A stretch of 63,856 nt of DNA, the filler included, from Octopus bimaculoides (Eukaryota), in assembly GCF_001194135.2 (NCBI RefSeq). It is 5 parts of 5 records of this genome, joined end to end, with 100 filler letters (N's around TTAATTAATTAA, not from the genome) between each part and the next. Parts side by side here need not be neighbours in the genome. Positions count along the whole stretch, not along the records: positions 1 to 24,373 come from NC_068981.1; 4 more parts are not named here. One strand, written 5' to 3'. Every line of letters starts with the position of its first letter. The first letter of the stretch is position 1. The notes beneath the pieces were generated by a model. That model did not search any database. It saw nothing but the letters and a program-made list of their open reading frames with translations, and had not been told where the DNA came from. A program made the position numbers and the translations under genes. This document shows, in pieces, positions 1 to 12,420 of the stretch.

Positions 1-202
1 AGTATGAAAAAACCTTCTTCGGTAAAAAACATTTATAATTATAAATATATAGGGATCGACAGTAACCTGCTTCTCCAACATACTGAGAATTCAGAAATAG
101 CAGTCAAAGAACTACTGATTTCAAAACTACAAATTATTACTCCAGATTGATAGCGATATTTTTGATACACACTGAACAAAAAACAGTAGAGAAGAGTAAA
201 AA

Positions 203-610
203 ACACTTGCCTTTAGTTAATTTAGTACAATTGTTTCACAGTTAAGAGTAAAATACTCTATTCTGATCTTCAGCTAAATATTCTAATAAACTTGTTAATG
301 TCTAAATAAGTCACGTTAATTTTGACCATGTGAATAGTTTAACCACAGGAATTCGTACGAGTCTCTTACCTGTGCGGGACTATTTCTGATACACACTGAA
401 TTGAAATTCATTAGGGCGAGGGATTTTGAACTTACTGGCCGATAAATTTCTTAACGTCTTCCTCACGTGGTATTGATGTTCACATGGTCAAAATTAACGT
501 GACTTATTTAGACATTAACAAGTTTATTAGAATATTTAGCTGAAGATCAGAATAGAGTATTTTACTCTTAACTGTGAAACAATTGTACTAAATTAACTAA
601 AGGCAAGTGT
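203..610. repeat. Perfect inverted repeat: 132-bp arms (203-334, 479-610), 144-bp spacer
   Basis: 479-610 is the exact reverse complement of 203-334, checked base by base. Confidence 0.95.
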
Positions 611-699
611 AATATAAAGCTGAAGTAAATTAACACCAAATATACAGTGCGTGTGTTTTTTTTATTGGCTAAACTGGCAATATGACCATCCCCAAGTAC

Positions 700-930
700 A
701 ACAATAACATCATATATATATATACATATATACAAACTCACATAGACGCACACATATATGTGTGTACAACTATGCATATATGTATACATATTTATATACA
801 TATATATCTATGTAGATGTGAGTGTATATACATATATATATTATATATATATACACGCACACACACACGTATGTATGTATGCCTACATAACACGCATGCA
901 TATATATGTATATAGATATATACATTCACT
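700..930. repeat. Compound (TA)n/(CA)n/(TG)n microsatellite
   Basis: Direct inspection; source of several low-complexity Y/I/H/C/V ORFs. Confidence 0.9.
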
Positions 931-1179
931 GACATATGTGCATGATGAGCTTCTTTCATTTCCCCGTTAACCAAATCTATTCAACCTCAGCGTTATCGTG
1001 GAAGACATTCGCCCAAGATGCCTATCCACGCCTCTGTGTGTATATGTGCCTGTGTGTGTGTTTGTTTATGTAGACTTATACATACACACACATACTTATA
1101 TATACAGCTACTATGTATGTGCATACATATGTTTCTGTGCTAGTGTGTGTTTACGCACGCAGATGTTTGTTTACATTTC

Positions 1180-1440
1180 TTGGAGAGATCTTTGACATTG
1201 GTACTAACCAGGTAACCTGTGGTTTCATATAGAAAAATTCTTTACAATACCTCAAACGTTCCAATTCAGAATGCTGGTAGTCGTCGATATTTAGCATGAG
1301 TTTTGTAAAGTGGGACGCATGTAAAATTGTTGAGGTGTTGCCCATATAAAACAATTGGTTACCTTGTTAGTCCATAAACAAAGAGTATTTATACAGCAAA
1401 CGTGGTGTTAAGCACTCGTTCTGACCATTTGATACTCTTG
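1180..1440 (-). mobile_element. Possible highly degraded piggyBac-like transposase fragment
   Basis: Minus-strand GNQLFYMGNTSTIL, then frameshifted IGTLR-CKEF, loosely resembles piggyBac G-H-LYMDN-TS and GTLRxNRK motifs; by eye only. Confidence 0.3.
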
Positions 1441-1488
1441 TGTATACATGCGTTGTCTGTGTATATGTTGCGTGCTTGTGTCGGTATA

Positions 1489-2031
1489 TTGTTGTTGTTG
1501 CCACTCCGTCGCTTACGACGTCGAGGGTTCCAATTGATCCGATCAACGGAAGAGCCTGCTCGTGAAATTAGCGTGCAAGTGGCTGAGCACTCCACAAACA
1601 CCTGTACCCTTAACGTAGTTCTCGGGGATATTCAGCGTGACACAGTGTGACAAGGCTGTCCCTTTGAATTACAGGTACAACAGAAACAGGAAGAAAGAGT
1701 GAGAGAAAGTTGTGGTGGAAGAGTACAGCAGGGTTCACCACCATCCCCTGCCGGAGCCTCGTGNNNNNNNNNNTCTCGGGGATATTCAGCGTGACACAGT
1801 GTGACAAGGCTGTCCCTTTGAATTACAGGTACAACAGAAACAGGAAGAAAGAGTGAGAGAAAGTTGTGGTGGAAGAGTACAGCAGGGTTCACCACCATCC
1901 CCTGCCGGAGCCTCGTGGATCTTTAGGTATTTTCGCTCAATAAACACTCACAACGCCTGGTCTGAGAATCGAAACCGCGATCCTATGACCGCGAGTCCGC
2001 TGCCCTAACCACTGGGCCATTGCGCCTCCAC
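1489..2031 (-). mobile_element. tRNA-derived SINE, family A (OR-like), near full length; 144 bp duplicated across a 10-N gap
   Basis: Minus-strand head GTGGAGGCGCAATGGCCCAGTGGTTAGGGCAGCGGACTCGCGG...GGTTTCGATTC has Pol III A and B boxes; (CAA)n tail; close match to 11261-11650. Confidence 0.9.
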
Positions 2032-2559
2032 CGTGTCGGTATATATACATACATTAATACATATATGTGTGTGTATATATGCAGTTAATTATATATGTGT
2101 GAGTGCGTTGTGTAATTCATTTTTCTGCGTTACCCGGTCTTTTTTTTATTTTACTATTATCACTCTCATATCATCTCTGTATCTTTTTCTCTCTTCGTCC
2201 CTTACTCCCTTTTCCTCTTATATACAGTACTAGTTGACGAGTACATTATTGCAAGTTTTGTTTCCTACTACAAACAGACACAGGTACATACACACACATA
2301 CACATGCACACAAACACACACACAGGAACACACTACGCATAGACACAAACACCAGTACGCAACCTCACATATACACGCACCCTTGTGATTACCCGCCATC
2401 TTTATATAATGATATATAAAGTCATTGCTTTTTCTCTTTCCTCAAACTTATCCAAATCAAATTTACTTGTAGTCACAAAAATATTTCATTCTTTAATATT
2501 GTTTATTTTGCCTTTTTATCCCCAAATTTACACTGATTCAATGGATCTATAATCAATAA

Positions 2560-3277
2560 CGTTCCAACTATGACTATCCCGTATTTTCCAGTCACTGTGC
2601 GCCCAACACTGCATTGTCCATTACAGATTTAAAACGGCATTATTTGATTAGTGACACTTGTCTTCTATTTAGAGCAAGTTGAGCGAATATAATGAGCTTT
2701 ACACATTGTCTGTTTTCTACTGATTGATGTTTTCTACTGATTGATGTTTTCTACTGATTGATGTTTTCTACTGATTGATGTTTTCTACTGATTGATGTTT
2801 TCTACTGATTGATGTTTTCTACTGATAGATGTTTGGACATCAAGTCACTCTTCATAAACGTATTAGAGATAGGGCCATCTTATATTTTCCCTTTGTGGAT
2901 TGATCTTAGATCGAACTATCCATTTCTTTTCTTCGTAAGGCGTACGATCACATGATCTGGATGATGCTTCATTGTTCGCTATCTGTCATGCTTGTTTGTT
3001 GGCATTCATTGTAATCTAGACCGCGGTTAGTGAGTATTCCTTCACTTCTTCATGTGTAGCAGCCGAAATGATGTGACGAGGTAAAAAGTTCGCAAGCTCA
3101 CATGGGAGCTAGAATCGAAAATTTGATACTCTACAGACTGAGCTAGGCTGGGGGTAGAAAAAATTCACGCAGAGCTTAGTTTTCATCTACGGATCTTTCA
3201 ATTAAGAATCCGATGCTCTCCTGCTGCGTTTCCAGCAATACTTTGCCGATCGCATATAAAGACATTTTATAATGCAG
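2560..3277 (-). mobile_element. Possible very degenerate LINE (RTE-like) reverse transcriptase remnant
   Basis: Minus-strand pieces QQESIGFLIERSVDEN*ALR, EYQIFDSSSH and IHKGKI*DGPIS fall in the order of LINE RT motifs (QxGF-RS, AFDSxxH, GxxQGDPxS); many stops and shifts. Confidence 0.35.
2712..2834 (+). repeat. 17-bp minisatellite (GTTTTCTACTGATTGAT) x7
   Basis: Six identical units plus one with a single substitution, and a partial eighth. Confidence 0.95.
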
Positions 3278-3730
3278 NNNNNNNNNNNNNNNNNNNNNNN
3301 NNNNNNNNNNNNNNNNNNNNNNNNNNNNNNNNNNNNNNNNNNNNNNNNNNNNNNNNNNNNNNNNNNNNNNNNNNNNNNNNNNNNNNNNNNNNNNNNNNNN
3401 NNNNNNNNNNNNNNNNNNNNNNNNNNNNNNNNNNNNNNNNNNNNNNNNNNNNNNNNNNNNNNNNNNNNNNNNNNNNNNNNNNNNNNNNNNNNNNNNNNNN
3501 NNNNNNNNNNNNNNNNNNNNNNNNNNNNNNNNNNNNNNNNNNNNNNNNNNNNNNNNNNNNNNNNNNNNNNNNATGTATATGTGTACATATATATAAACAC
3601 ACACATATGCAAATACGTGCATATGTACACACTAGCACACACATTCACATTCTCAAACGGACACAAACTTGGATATAGTCTGATTTTTGCGTGAAGAGCA
3701 TCTTTAGATCATGTATCTGTCACCATTTGA

Positions 3731-3902
3731 AACATCAACAACAATACAACCGAGGAACAGAATGAAAACAACAGCTCAACAAATTCTTTCTAGTTGTAGT
3801 TATAGAAAAAACCGTAATTACAAAACTCATTTCTCTGGAGTTATGAATTGAATACTAATCTATTTAACCGCTACAAAACAGGCGAAACAAAATCCCGCTA
3901 TT
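3731..3902 (+). repeat. About 172-bp direct repeat, copy 1
   Basis: About 95% identical to 6496-6669. Confidence 0.9.
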
Positions 3903-4647
3903 TTACTTTTATTTCTACGTTTGTAGAAATAAGTATTCTTGTATTTTTCTATTATTCAATTGGTTTTTAATGACAATTAAATAAACGTTTTTAGTTTTAA
4001 ATAGTCTAGCTTTAATTATTACACCGGTTAAATATGTACTAATATTATCTTTATTATAATTTTATCCTTAAACTTCGTTCAAATTGTATTTAAAACGATA
4101 ATAATTTATGTAAGCTGGTTTTTGTATATAATATACATGTTAGCATATATTATAATGAATGTAGGGATCATTATGGAATGTTTATTATTTTGATATTTTT
4201 AATAATTTTTCTATCTTTATAAAATAAGTATTTTATATAAATTCATTTGGTACTTATTGCTGGTTGATATATATATTTATATATTATAATTATTATTCTA
4301 TTTAAGACCTGACGATTAGATGTATTTTTGAATAGAATTTATTTTCGATAATTCTAATTGATTTTAATCGATTTAAATTTCCTTTCTATTTGAAAATTAG
4401 TTATGAAACACGTGTAGTCATTTTATTATCTTTATCTTATGATATTTACTTTGTATTATATTATACTCATTTACTGTGCTTTTAACTATTAATTTTTCTA
4501 TATGTGATAGTGGATTTTCATCGATGAGTTCATGAAACTTGGTTCTTTTGCCTAAAACTATGTATTTATATATATTTTAATATGTAACGCTCAATTTAAT
4601 TTTAAGTTTTTATAAATTGATTTTAATTGAGTTTTTACNNNNNNNNN

Positions 4648-4745
4648 NGTGTGTGTGTCTATGTCTGTGTTTGTCGCTCTTCACCGCTTGACAACCAGTG
4701 GCTGTGTTTAGAAGTATGTAAGTTATGAAGTGTAGTCGTGTTGGT
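4648..4745 (+). mobile_element. Family C SINE 3' fragment
   Basis: GTCTGTGTTTGTC...CCGCTTGACAACCAGTG matches the body of the copies at 35488-35900 and 50865-51290. Confidence 0.6.
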
Positions 4746-5446
4746 AGTATGAAAGCCTATATCTGAGGAAGAGTGAGCGTGTGCAACGAAATATAAGTAT
4801 TGATGAAGCAAATGGGATGGCAAGAGAAGTATGGACGCTGTTGTTGATGTGTGTTTTAAAACAAAGAGCGTAAGATCTAGCAAAAATTTGAACAACCGGT
4901 TGAATTGCTAGAATTCAGGCAAAGATATTGGTAAAAATTCAAAACAATCTGAAGAAATTGATAAAGTATTTAGAATATGACGACAAGTCTTCAAGAAACT
5001 GGTAAAACGCCCTAAGTTGATGAAATATCTGTGAAGAAAAGGTGAGAAGCCATACGGTACTAGAGTGGGGCAAAGAAGACTGAAAGTGGTGGACGGGACA
5101 AAAAGGCTTTTTTTGATGAGAAGAGTGAGCAGTAAGAAGAGTAAAGCAGCAGGAAAAATGGTACGTGTATGTTATTGTATGGAGGTGAGTGGGTTGGTAA
5201 GCTAAAGAACGTAGGAAGAAGGTTAGCGCAAGTGAAAAACAAGAGAAGAAATGGATGAGATAAGGAGAATCGAAGTGTAGACTTAATTAATATCCATGTT
5301 TGTTTTACTCTTAGTTGAAAAAGTTGAAAAGACTGAAACCGGGACTAACCGTTACAAAATATATTTCATGATAAAATTATTTTAGCATTTCCTACCATGT
5401 CTTATTTTCCTTATACATATCAACTCGTGTGTTACTTTTCAACCTT

Positions 5447-5486
<40 letters not shown>

Positions 5487-6086
5487 NNNNNNNNNNNNNN
5501 NNNNNNNNNNNNNNNNNNNNNNTATATATATATATATATATGAGGGAGAGCGAGAGAAAAAGAGACAGAGAGCAGAGCCTGCTGTGATGATTCTAAAATG
5601 CATCACATAAAACCGAGCAGTATATCTTTTTTTATCCCTCTAAAGAAAGTTTGCCGAATATAATGATTTTAATAATTTCTATTTGATCTTTTTAGGCTTA
5701 ATTGAAACAGCTATAAGGGATTATATTTGATCTTTGCAGATATTTATTTTTTATTAAATGCTATATGTCCATTTTCATATTTTCTTTTGAATGATTATAA
5801 ACCATGGCTTATATATAAACTTATTGTTTTATCAATACTATTATTCACAAAAAATATTAGGTATTGAACCAGTAATTGATTGGATGATACTATCCCTTAA
5901 TGAGGCTAATTTAATGTCTAATGAATAAAACATTCTGTGTTAAACGAATTTGGTTAACTATATATAGGCAACAATCAGATACCAAAAATGCAAGCAGAAA
6001 GCATACCCACAGTAATTCCTCATGTATGACAAATAGATCCAAATATCATTGAAAAGAATTTCGAAAAATTCAGAGTATTAGACAAC

Positions 6087-6230
6087 AAAAATACGTATGG
6101 AGAAAATCACGTCTTCGATTGTAGAATTCACTTGATGAAGCCGACAATTCTTGTTATTAATAGAAGCAATTGTCGGCTTTGTAAGGTAAATTCTACAATT
6201 AAAGACGTGATTTTCTCCATGCGTATTTTT
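6087..6230. repeat. 144-bp gapless imperfect palindrome (foldback, MITE-like)
   Basis: 6087-6158 matches the reverse complement of 6159-6230 at 60 of 72 positions, with no loop. Confidence 0.9.
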
Positions 6231-6495
6231 GGTATGTATACACACATACACACACACGCATGCATATATAACACGAAGCGACAATCGTGTATTTGGCATG
6301 GGAGGCTATATCTCGAAAATACAATGAATACTATACTATCTCCAACTTTGTAGCCTCACTATCAGCCTTGTTAAATAACCGGTCAATCTCCAGAGGAATT
6401 AACTGAGTGAGCCTTTTATTCAGAATCATAGTGATTTTCGACTGAAACTTGAATTTAGTATGCAGCCAGTTACTACAAACAACATGTCTGGATAC

Positions 6496-6669
6496 AACAT
6501 CAACAACAATACAACCGAGGTACAGAATGAAAACAACAGCTCAACAAATTCTTTCTAGTTGTAGTTATAGAAAAAGACCGTAATTACAAACCTCATTTCT
6601 CTTGGAGTTATGAATTGAATACTAATCTATTTAACTGCTACAAAACCGGCGAAACAAAATCCCGCTATT
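6496..6669 (+). repeat. About 174-bp direct repeat, copy 2
   Basis: About 95% identical to 3731-3902. Confidence 0.9.
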
Positions 6670-7140
6670 GGCTACATGAATCGATTGAAATCCTATTCGG
6701 TCGATCTGCATCCAGAATTAAATTATTTTACTGTGAAGCAAATACGCCAACAAGCAACATTTGTAGAACGTAGGAAGAAGGTTAGTAATTGTAACTTTAT
6801 TTAAAAATCGAAAATTAACCTTCTTACCAACTCCATAAACAAAAAACGAAAACGTGTATGAGCTAAGACCACCACATGGTTTCGCAGCTAGCGATATTCC
6901 AACATATTCCATAGTGCCTGCCAGCCAAACTACATTGCTTGCTCAAGTAACTGACCACTGTTCTCCTACTACGACTATGGTAAATAGCAGGCACAATTGC
7001 AACGATTATTGTAGTAGTAGTGGTAGTCATGATTATATACCGGTGAAATGTGCTCCTACTGAAATTTTCCGAGAAAAAATTAACTTTGGCTTTGAAGCAT
7101 TCTCTCGAAGAGAGAGTATTTTCTACCTAACTAAGTAAAA

Positions 7141-8832
7141 ATACGGTATTAAAAGCTGTTAACGAAGTTGGTGATGAGCATCTACAGCAGTGTGATGAAC
7201 CCAGATTCTTGTAGATTAACGCCTGTCTATATGATCTGGCTACTACTGCAAAGCAGTACACGATTGACTTTCAAAAGGTAAACAAAATAGAAACAAAGAA
7301 AGTAATCATCATGGGTTTGAAGATAGAGAAAAAGATAACTGGTTTACGGAAGACCATCAGTCATGTAATGGTGCTTATTGCGTGCAAACAAGCAAATCAA
7401 TATACGTTCCACCAACAGAAAGTGAAGAAGGTGATAGAAATTATGTTTGGAGACAGCAAAAACAGGATACTCACTTGAAAACTGATTGCCCCCAAGTGGG
7501 AGCTAAAAGCTGTCAGTGAAAAACTCCGACATCAGAAAAGAATAACCGAGAGCAGAACAATAAAGAAAAAAATCAACCGGAGCCAGGCAGCAGTATGCAG
7601 AGATATGAGAGGAGGAACCGTGAACATCACAGAAGCTGCTTCACGAGAAGACAGACTTCTTCTGGAGTGAAGTGAAGGAATTTAACCAAGATTTTCTGTG
7701 GCTGGAAGAAATCCGAAGACGTTATTGCACCTGCGTTATACCTAAGACATACAACATTGATGGTGAAACTATTGCAACTGTGATCCAGAAACTCCAGGAT
7801 AAAAAAGCACTTGGAAGAGACCTGATTGTTGTATATTGGTACAAGAAGCTAACCTTCTACCGACCATATCTTATTAATCTGTACCAGCAAGCTCTCAATA
7901 GGAACAGTAGCATACAACATTCCCAAATGCAGAACACCCCCCACATGGCAAAAACCTACTGGCCAATTGCATGCCAAAACTTAATGCATAAGATATACGC
8001 AGCATGCTTAAACCTCTTCTACCACGATCATTAGGAAACCAATAACATCATCACAGCAGAACAAGCAGCTGGGAAGAAGGGTGTCTGGGGATGTGCCCAG
8101 CAATTGTTAATCCACAACACTGTAATGTCAGAGGTGTGGGAGCATAGGAGGAACCTAGTTTCATTGTGGCTAGACTCCAAGAAAGCCTTTGACTGTTCCC
8201 CATTCAGATGCTAGAAGCCATTCAACTAGCTAAAGTTCCAGTGAGCATAGTCAAAGCCATAGCTGTCCTGACTTCATTGTGGGCGACCATCTTGAAATAA
8301 AACACAACGAATAATTATATTATCACTGATACAATACAGTATCACAAGGGCATATTCCAAGGGGTCAGCCTGTCTGTGATGTTGTTTATTCCTTCTGTAA
8401 ACCCCTTGTCATTCATGTTAAGGATGTCTGAAAGATATCTTTCACTGGTTCACAAGGAAACAAAACTACGAAAATTCCATACTGTTTTTTTTGTAGATGA
8501 CTTGAAACTTTATGCAAAGAATATGCATCAGATGAAAAAGAGACTTGGCCTAGTTACAAAATTCTCAAAGTATGTAGGGTTTGAGTTAGGTCAAGGTAAA
8601 TGTTATATGCTTGTGAAAAAGCATATAAACCAGATTAGCAACATCTCAGCCATGATTTGATTGTCTCCCCTATATCTGACAAGGAATGTTACAGGTATCT
8701 AGGGTTGGATGAAAACATATCCTACAATGGCACTTGCAACAAAACAACTGTCACTAAAAATATTACAGCCGAATAAAGAAACTTTGGACCTCAGAACTTT
8801 TTGTGTTCAACAAAACAGTGGCTCACAATTAG
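7141..8832 (+). mobile_element. R4/Dong-like non-LTR retrotransposon: N-terminal region plus reverse transcriptase, pseudogenised
   Basis: RT motifs in order across shifts and stops: YWPIACQNLMHKIY, EQAAGKKGVWGCAQQLLIH, WLDSKKAFD, GIFQGVSLS, FVDDLKLY, YRYLG; upstream KIEKKITGLRKTISH resembles the R4/Dong pre-RT region. Confidence 0.9.
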
Positions 8833-8888
8833 TTTGCAGTGCCAGTATTCAGATTTGTATAGATCTGTAATCTTTTTCAACTATATAT

Positions 8889-8891
<3 letters not shown>

Positions 8892-8970
<79 letters not shown>
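8892..8970. repeat. (TA)n(TG)n microsatellite
   Basis: Direct inspection. Confidence 0.95.
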
Positions 8971-8972
<2 letters not shown>

Positions 8973-9530
8973 CTTGGAAATGGATGCGGAGCGTTCCTCC
9001 TCTCCCCATCTTTTCACACATGCATACGTCAAGATCACCAGCATTCTCTCACACACACACAAACACACACACACAAACACACACACACAGCTCCTCGAAC
9101 TTGGGTCACCATTTCTTTCTTCCCCCTTTTGTTATCTCCCCTTTTTCTTAGCTCTCCTGCGTGAACTTTCTGTCCGCAGAAGCCATGATAGATCACTGAC
9201 CAAACACCATTCAATTTTTTTCCTCCGTGTTTTTCTCCTTGTTTTCTCTGTATTCTTTCTGTTCAAGAGCGTAGCTCGAAACGTTAAAGACTTCCTGTAT
9301 TCCCGAGCGTCAAACTAATACATCCTTTTGTTGTTTACACCAACTGTCCTCGTCTGTTGTTGTTGTTTTTTTCGTACATTCTCCCACATATAATACACGC
9401 TCACGTGGTCGCAGCAGCTAATCCTGTCTCCACTCATCAAACACGAACTTCTGGATTCTACTTTCTTTCATTCTGGATTTATTCTTTCTGGACTGTTTTA
9501 TTCTGAACTCTACACCCTCTGACTGCACCT
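8971..9530 (+). mobile_element. Probable Penelope-like element pseudo-LTR remnant
   Basis: C/T-rich segment containing a minimal hammerhead-like motif, a known hallmark of Penelope-like pLTRs; boundaries uncertain. Confidence 0.5.
9254..9290 (+). ncRNA. Minimal type I hammerhead-ribozyme-like motif; variant core, probably inactive in this copy
   Basis: Stem I UCUUU/AAAGA, core CUGUUCA+A, stem II GAGC-GUA-GCUC, GAA, palindromic stem III ACGU, H17=U. Core differs from CUGANGA at A6 and G8. Confidence 0.55.
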
Positions 9531-9567
9531 CTCCTACCCACGTATTACACTGGACCCATCTTCTAAG

Positions 9568-9604
<37 letters not shown>

Positions 9605-9982
9605 NNNNNNNNNNNNNNNNNNNNNNNNNNNNNNNNNNNNNNNNNNNNNNNNNNNNNNNNNNNNNNNNNNNNNNNNNNNNNNNNNNNNNNNNNNNNNNNN
9701 NNNNNNNNNNNNNNNNNNNNNNNNNNNNNNNNNNNNNNNNNNNNNNNNNNNNNNNNNNNNNNNNNNNNNNNNNNNNNNNNNNNNNNNNNNNNNNNNNNNN
9801 NNNNNNNNNNNNNNNNNNNNNNNNNNNNNNNNNNNNNNNNNNNNNNNNNNNNNNNNNNNNNNNNNNNNNNNNNNNNNNNNNNNNNNNNNNNNNNNNNNNN
9901 NNNNNNNNNNNNNNNNNNNNNNNNNNNNNNNNNNNNNNNNNNNNNNNNNNNNNNNNNNNNNNNNNNNNNNNNNNNNNNNNNN

Positions 9983-10047
<65 letters not shown>

Positions 10048-11182
10048 ACACTCACACACACACACGTACGTACATACACCTGTGTATTTGTATGTATACG
10101 TGCAAGTTTGAATAAATATATGAAGGTAGATAGATAGATAGATAGATACATAGATACATAGATAGAAACATGCACACAGACAATAATATACAAAACTTGT
10201 AAACGTGTGGATCTATATGTGTGCACGTGTGTGTACGTCCGTATGAGCGTGTGTGTGTGTGTGTGTGCGCGCACGTGTGTGTGTAAATGTGTGCACACTT
10301 GAATGTGAGAGAGAATGACAAACGGAGAGAATAGAAAGGCAACCTATGAGAAAGGGGAGTCAGTGTAAAGGCGGGGTGGAGAATAAATAGAAATGCCGGC
10401 ATAGAATGCTTAAATATAAGATTTTGTAAATAAGCACACATATGTGTACTTAACTATTGATCCAAAGTTCAATATGATGCGAACGTTTTATTGATATTTC
10501 GACCAGTGACTTTTATGTTTGCTTTAATTTGTAAGCAGTTTCACTGTATATGTGCGATTATACTTACGCTCTGCGGATCATAACAACACCAAAATTGTCG
10601 AGAACTCACGTAGGAATTCCTTTCTTGTTGTTTTCAGGTGGGGAAAAACACGCAAGAAAATTACATTGAAAAACTTCGAAATATAACTGTATTGGAACTA
10701 AAAAGTATTTTCCAAATGGAACGGTCATATCAAAGAATTATCTTCTTTAAGTGCTTTTATATCAATATAAAAAGATTGATATTGAATTTATTATTAATTT
10801 CATGCTTCTGTGTAAGGTTGCAAATTTTGAAAGAAAAGAATAAGACTGTGACAGTTACATGCATTGCTTTCAAACATTTGTTAGCAATGAATAATGTAAG
10901 CCTCAACCGTAAACCAAAACTCTGTCCTGTCTCAGCTCTACGGCGGCTTATATGATATATATGAAAACAGGAATAATTTAGCAATGTTTGTTTTGAAACT
11001 CGGGTTATGTATTTGCTGCGAAACGATCAAAGCGAACATCTCAAATATTATAACCAAAGAGCAGAGACCGAAGACAAATATGAAAACCTATGTACAATGA
11101 ATATTTCGAAACTCTTTCTCTCGTACAACATCACCACTTCACGAAGATTTTCGGCTAATGGTGATGATGATGATGATGTTGG

Positions 11183-11215
<33 letters not shown>

Positions 11216-11260
11216 TGATGATGATGATGATGATGATTTCTTTTATATCTTTTATAATAG

Positions 11261-11650
11261 TTGTTGTTGTTGGCACTTCGTCGCATACGACGTCGAGGGT
11301 TCCAGTTGATCCGATCAACGGAACAGCCTGTTCGTGAAATTAACGTGCAAGTGGCTGAGCACTCCACAGACACGTGTACTCTTAACGTAGTTCTCGGGGA
11401 TATTCGGCGTGACACAGTGTGACAAGGCTGACCCTTTGAATTACAGGCACAACAGAAACAGGAAGTAAGAGTGAGAGAAAGTTGTGGTGGAAGAGTACAG
11501 CAGGGTTCGCCACCATCCCCTGCCGGAGCCTCGTGGAGCTTTTAGGTGATTACGCTCAATAAACACTCACAACGCCTGGTCTGAGAATCGAAACTGCGAT
11601 CCTATGACCGCGAGTCCGCTGCCCTAACCACTGGGACATTGCGCCTCCAC
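11261..11650 (-). mobile_element. tRNA-derived SINE, family A (OR-like), full length
   Basis: Same head, body and (CAA)n tail as 1489-2031. Confidence 0.92.
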
Positions 11651-11699
11651 AGTTTTTTAATAGGAATAGATCATAATAACGAAATTGCATGAATGTGAT

Positions 11700-12355
11700 G
11701 AATGAGGAAAGTAACTCTTATCCCAGTAGTTACAGGGGCACTCGGAGCACTAGCAACCAGCTTCAAGAAATATGTGGGAGAAAACTGGAATTGACATGAG
11801 GGCAGACTATGCCCTCACCTGCTTACTGACAAACATTGCATTCACTTCTGACCAAACTATTGCCCAAAAGGCAGTGGAGAAATTGTTAAAGTACAAAGAC
11901 CTCGAAACTCAAGAATTTAAAGAGATAGGATATGAAGGTGAAAACATTACCAGTAATAATTGGAGCTTTGGGCATGATGAAATAAAAACATGAACAAAAA
12001 CGTAGAAGCTATGCTTGAACCCTCAACACTACACAATATAGAAAAAATAGCTCTGCTAGAAACACAAGACACACCCAATCTAGCAAATATCCAATAAAAT
12101 AAACAACCACTGGCAAACCACGTACCCATCAGAAGAACACAACTCGCATTACACACACAACATACAATACAAACACTAATACAAGAAAAAAACTGCACCA
12201 GCTCTCATAAAAAAAGAAACAGACCCAATACTGTACCGGGAAGAGTTTGCACTCCCCAACAAAAAAAAAAAGAACACACAATGCTGCACACACTCCAGCA
12301 ACACGGAAGTGTAGCAGATTATGCAGTAGAAATTTACCTGAAACTACCAAAGGTT
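11700..12355 (+). mobile_element. R4/Dong-like 3' fragments (C-terminus of RLE domain plus 3' UTR) ending in (AAT)n
   Basis: KVTLIPVVTGALGA, then EKLLKYKDLE...MKVKTLPVIIGALGMM; the 3' end GAAACTAC lies just before the (AAT)n tract. Confidence 0.8.
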
Positions 12356-12356
12356 A

Positions 12357-12419
<63 letters not shown>
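12356..12419 (+). repeat. (AAT)n microsatellite
   Basis: About 21 units. Confidence 0.97.

Positions 12420-12420
<1 letters not shown>

Noticed and set aside
1620-1917. 144-bp exact tandem duplication inside a SINE
   Set aside because: Identical copies flank a 10-N gap: unmerged contig overlap.
1950-2031. tRNA-like sequences (heads of SINE families A, B, C)
   Set aside because: Incomplete cloverleaves continuous with SINE bodies; not tRNA genes.
10638-10955. TTTTCAG acceptor followed by a 105-aa frame
   Set aside because: AT-rich low-information peptide, no donor or homology recognised.
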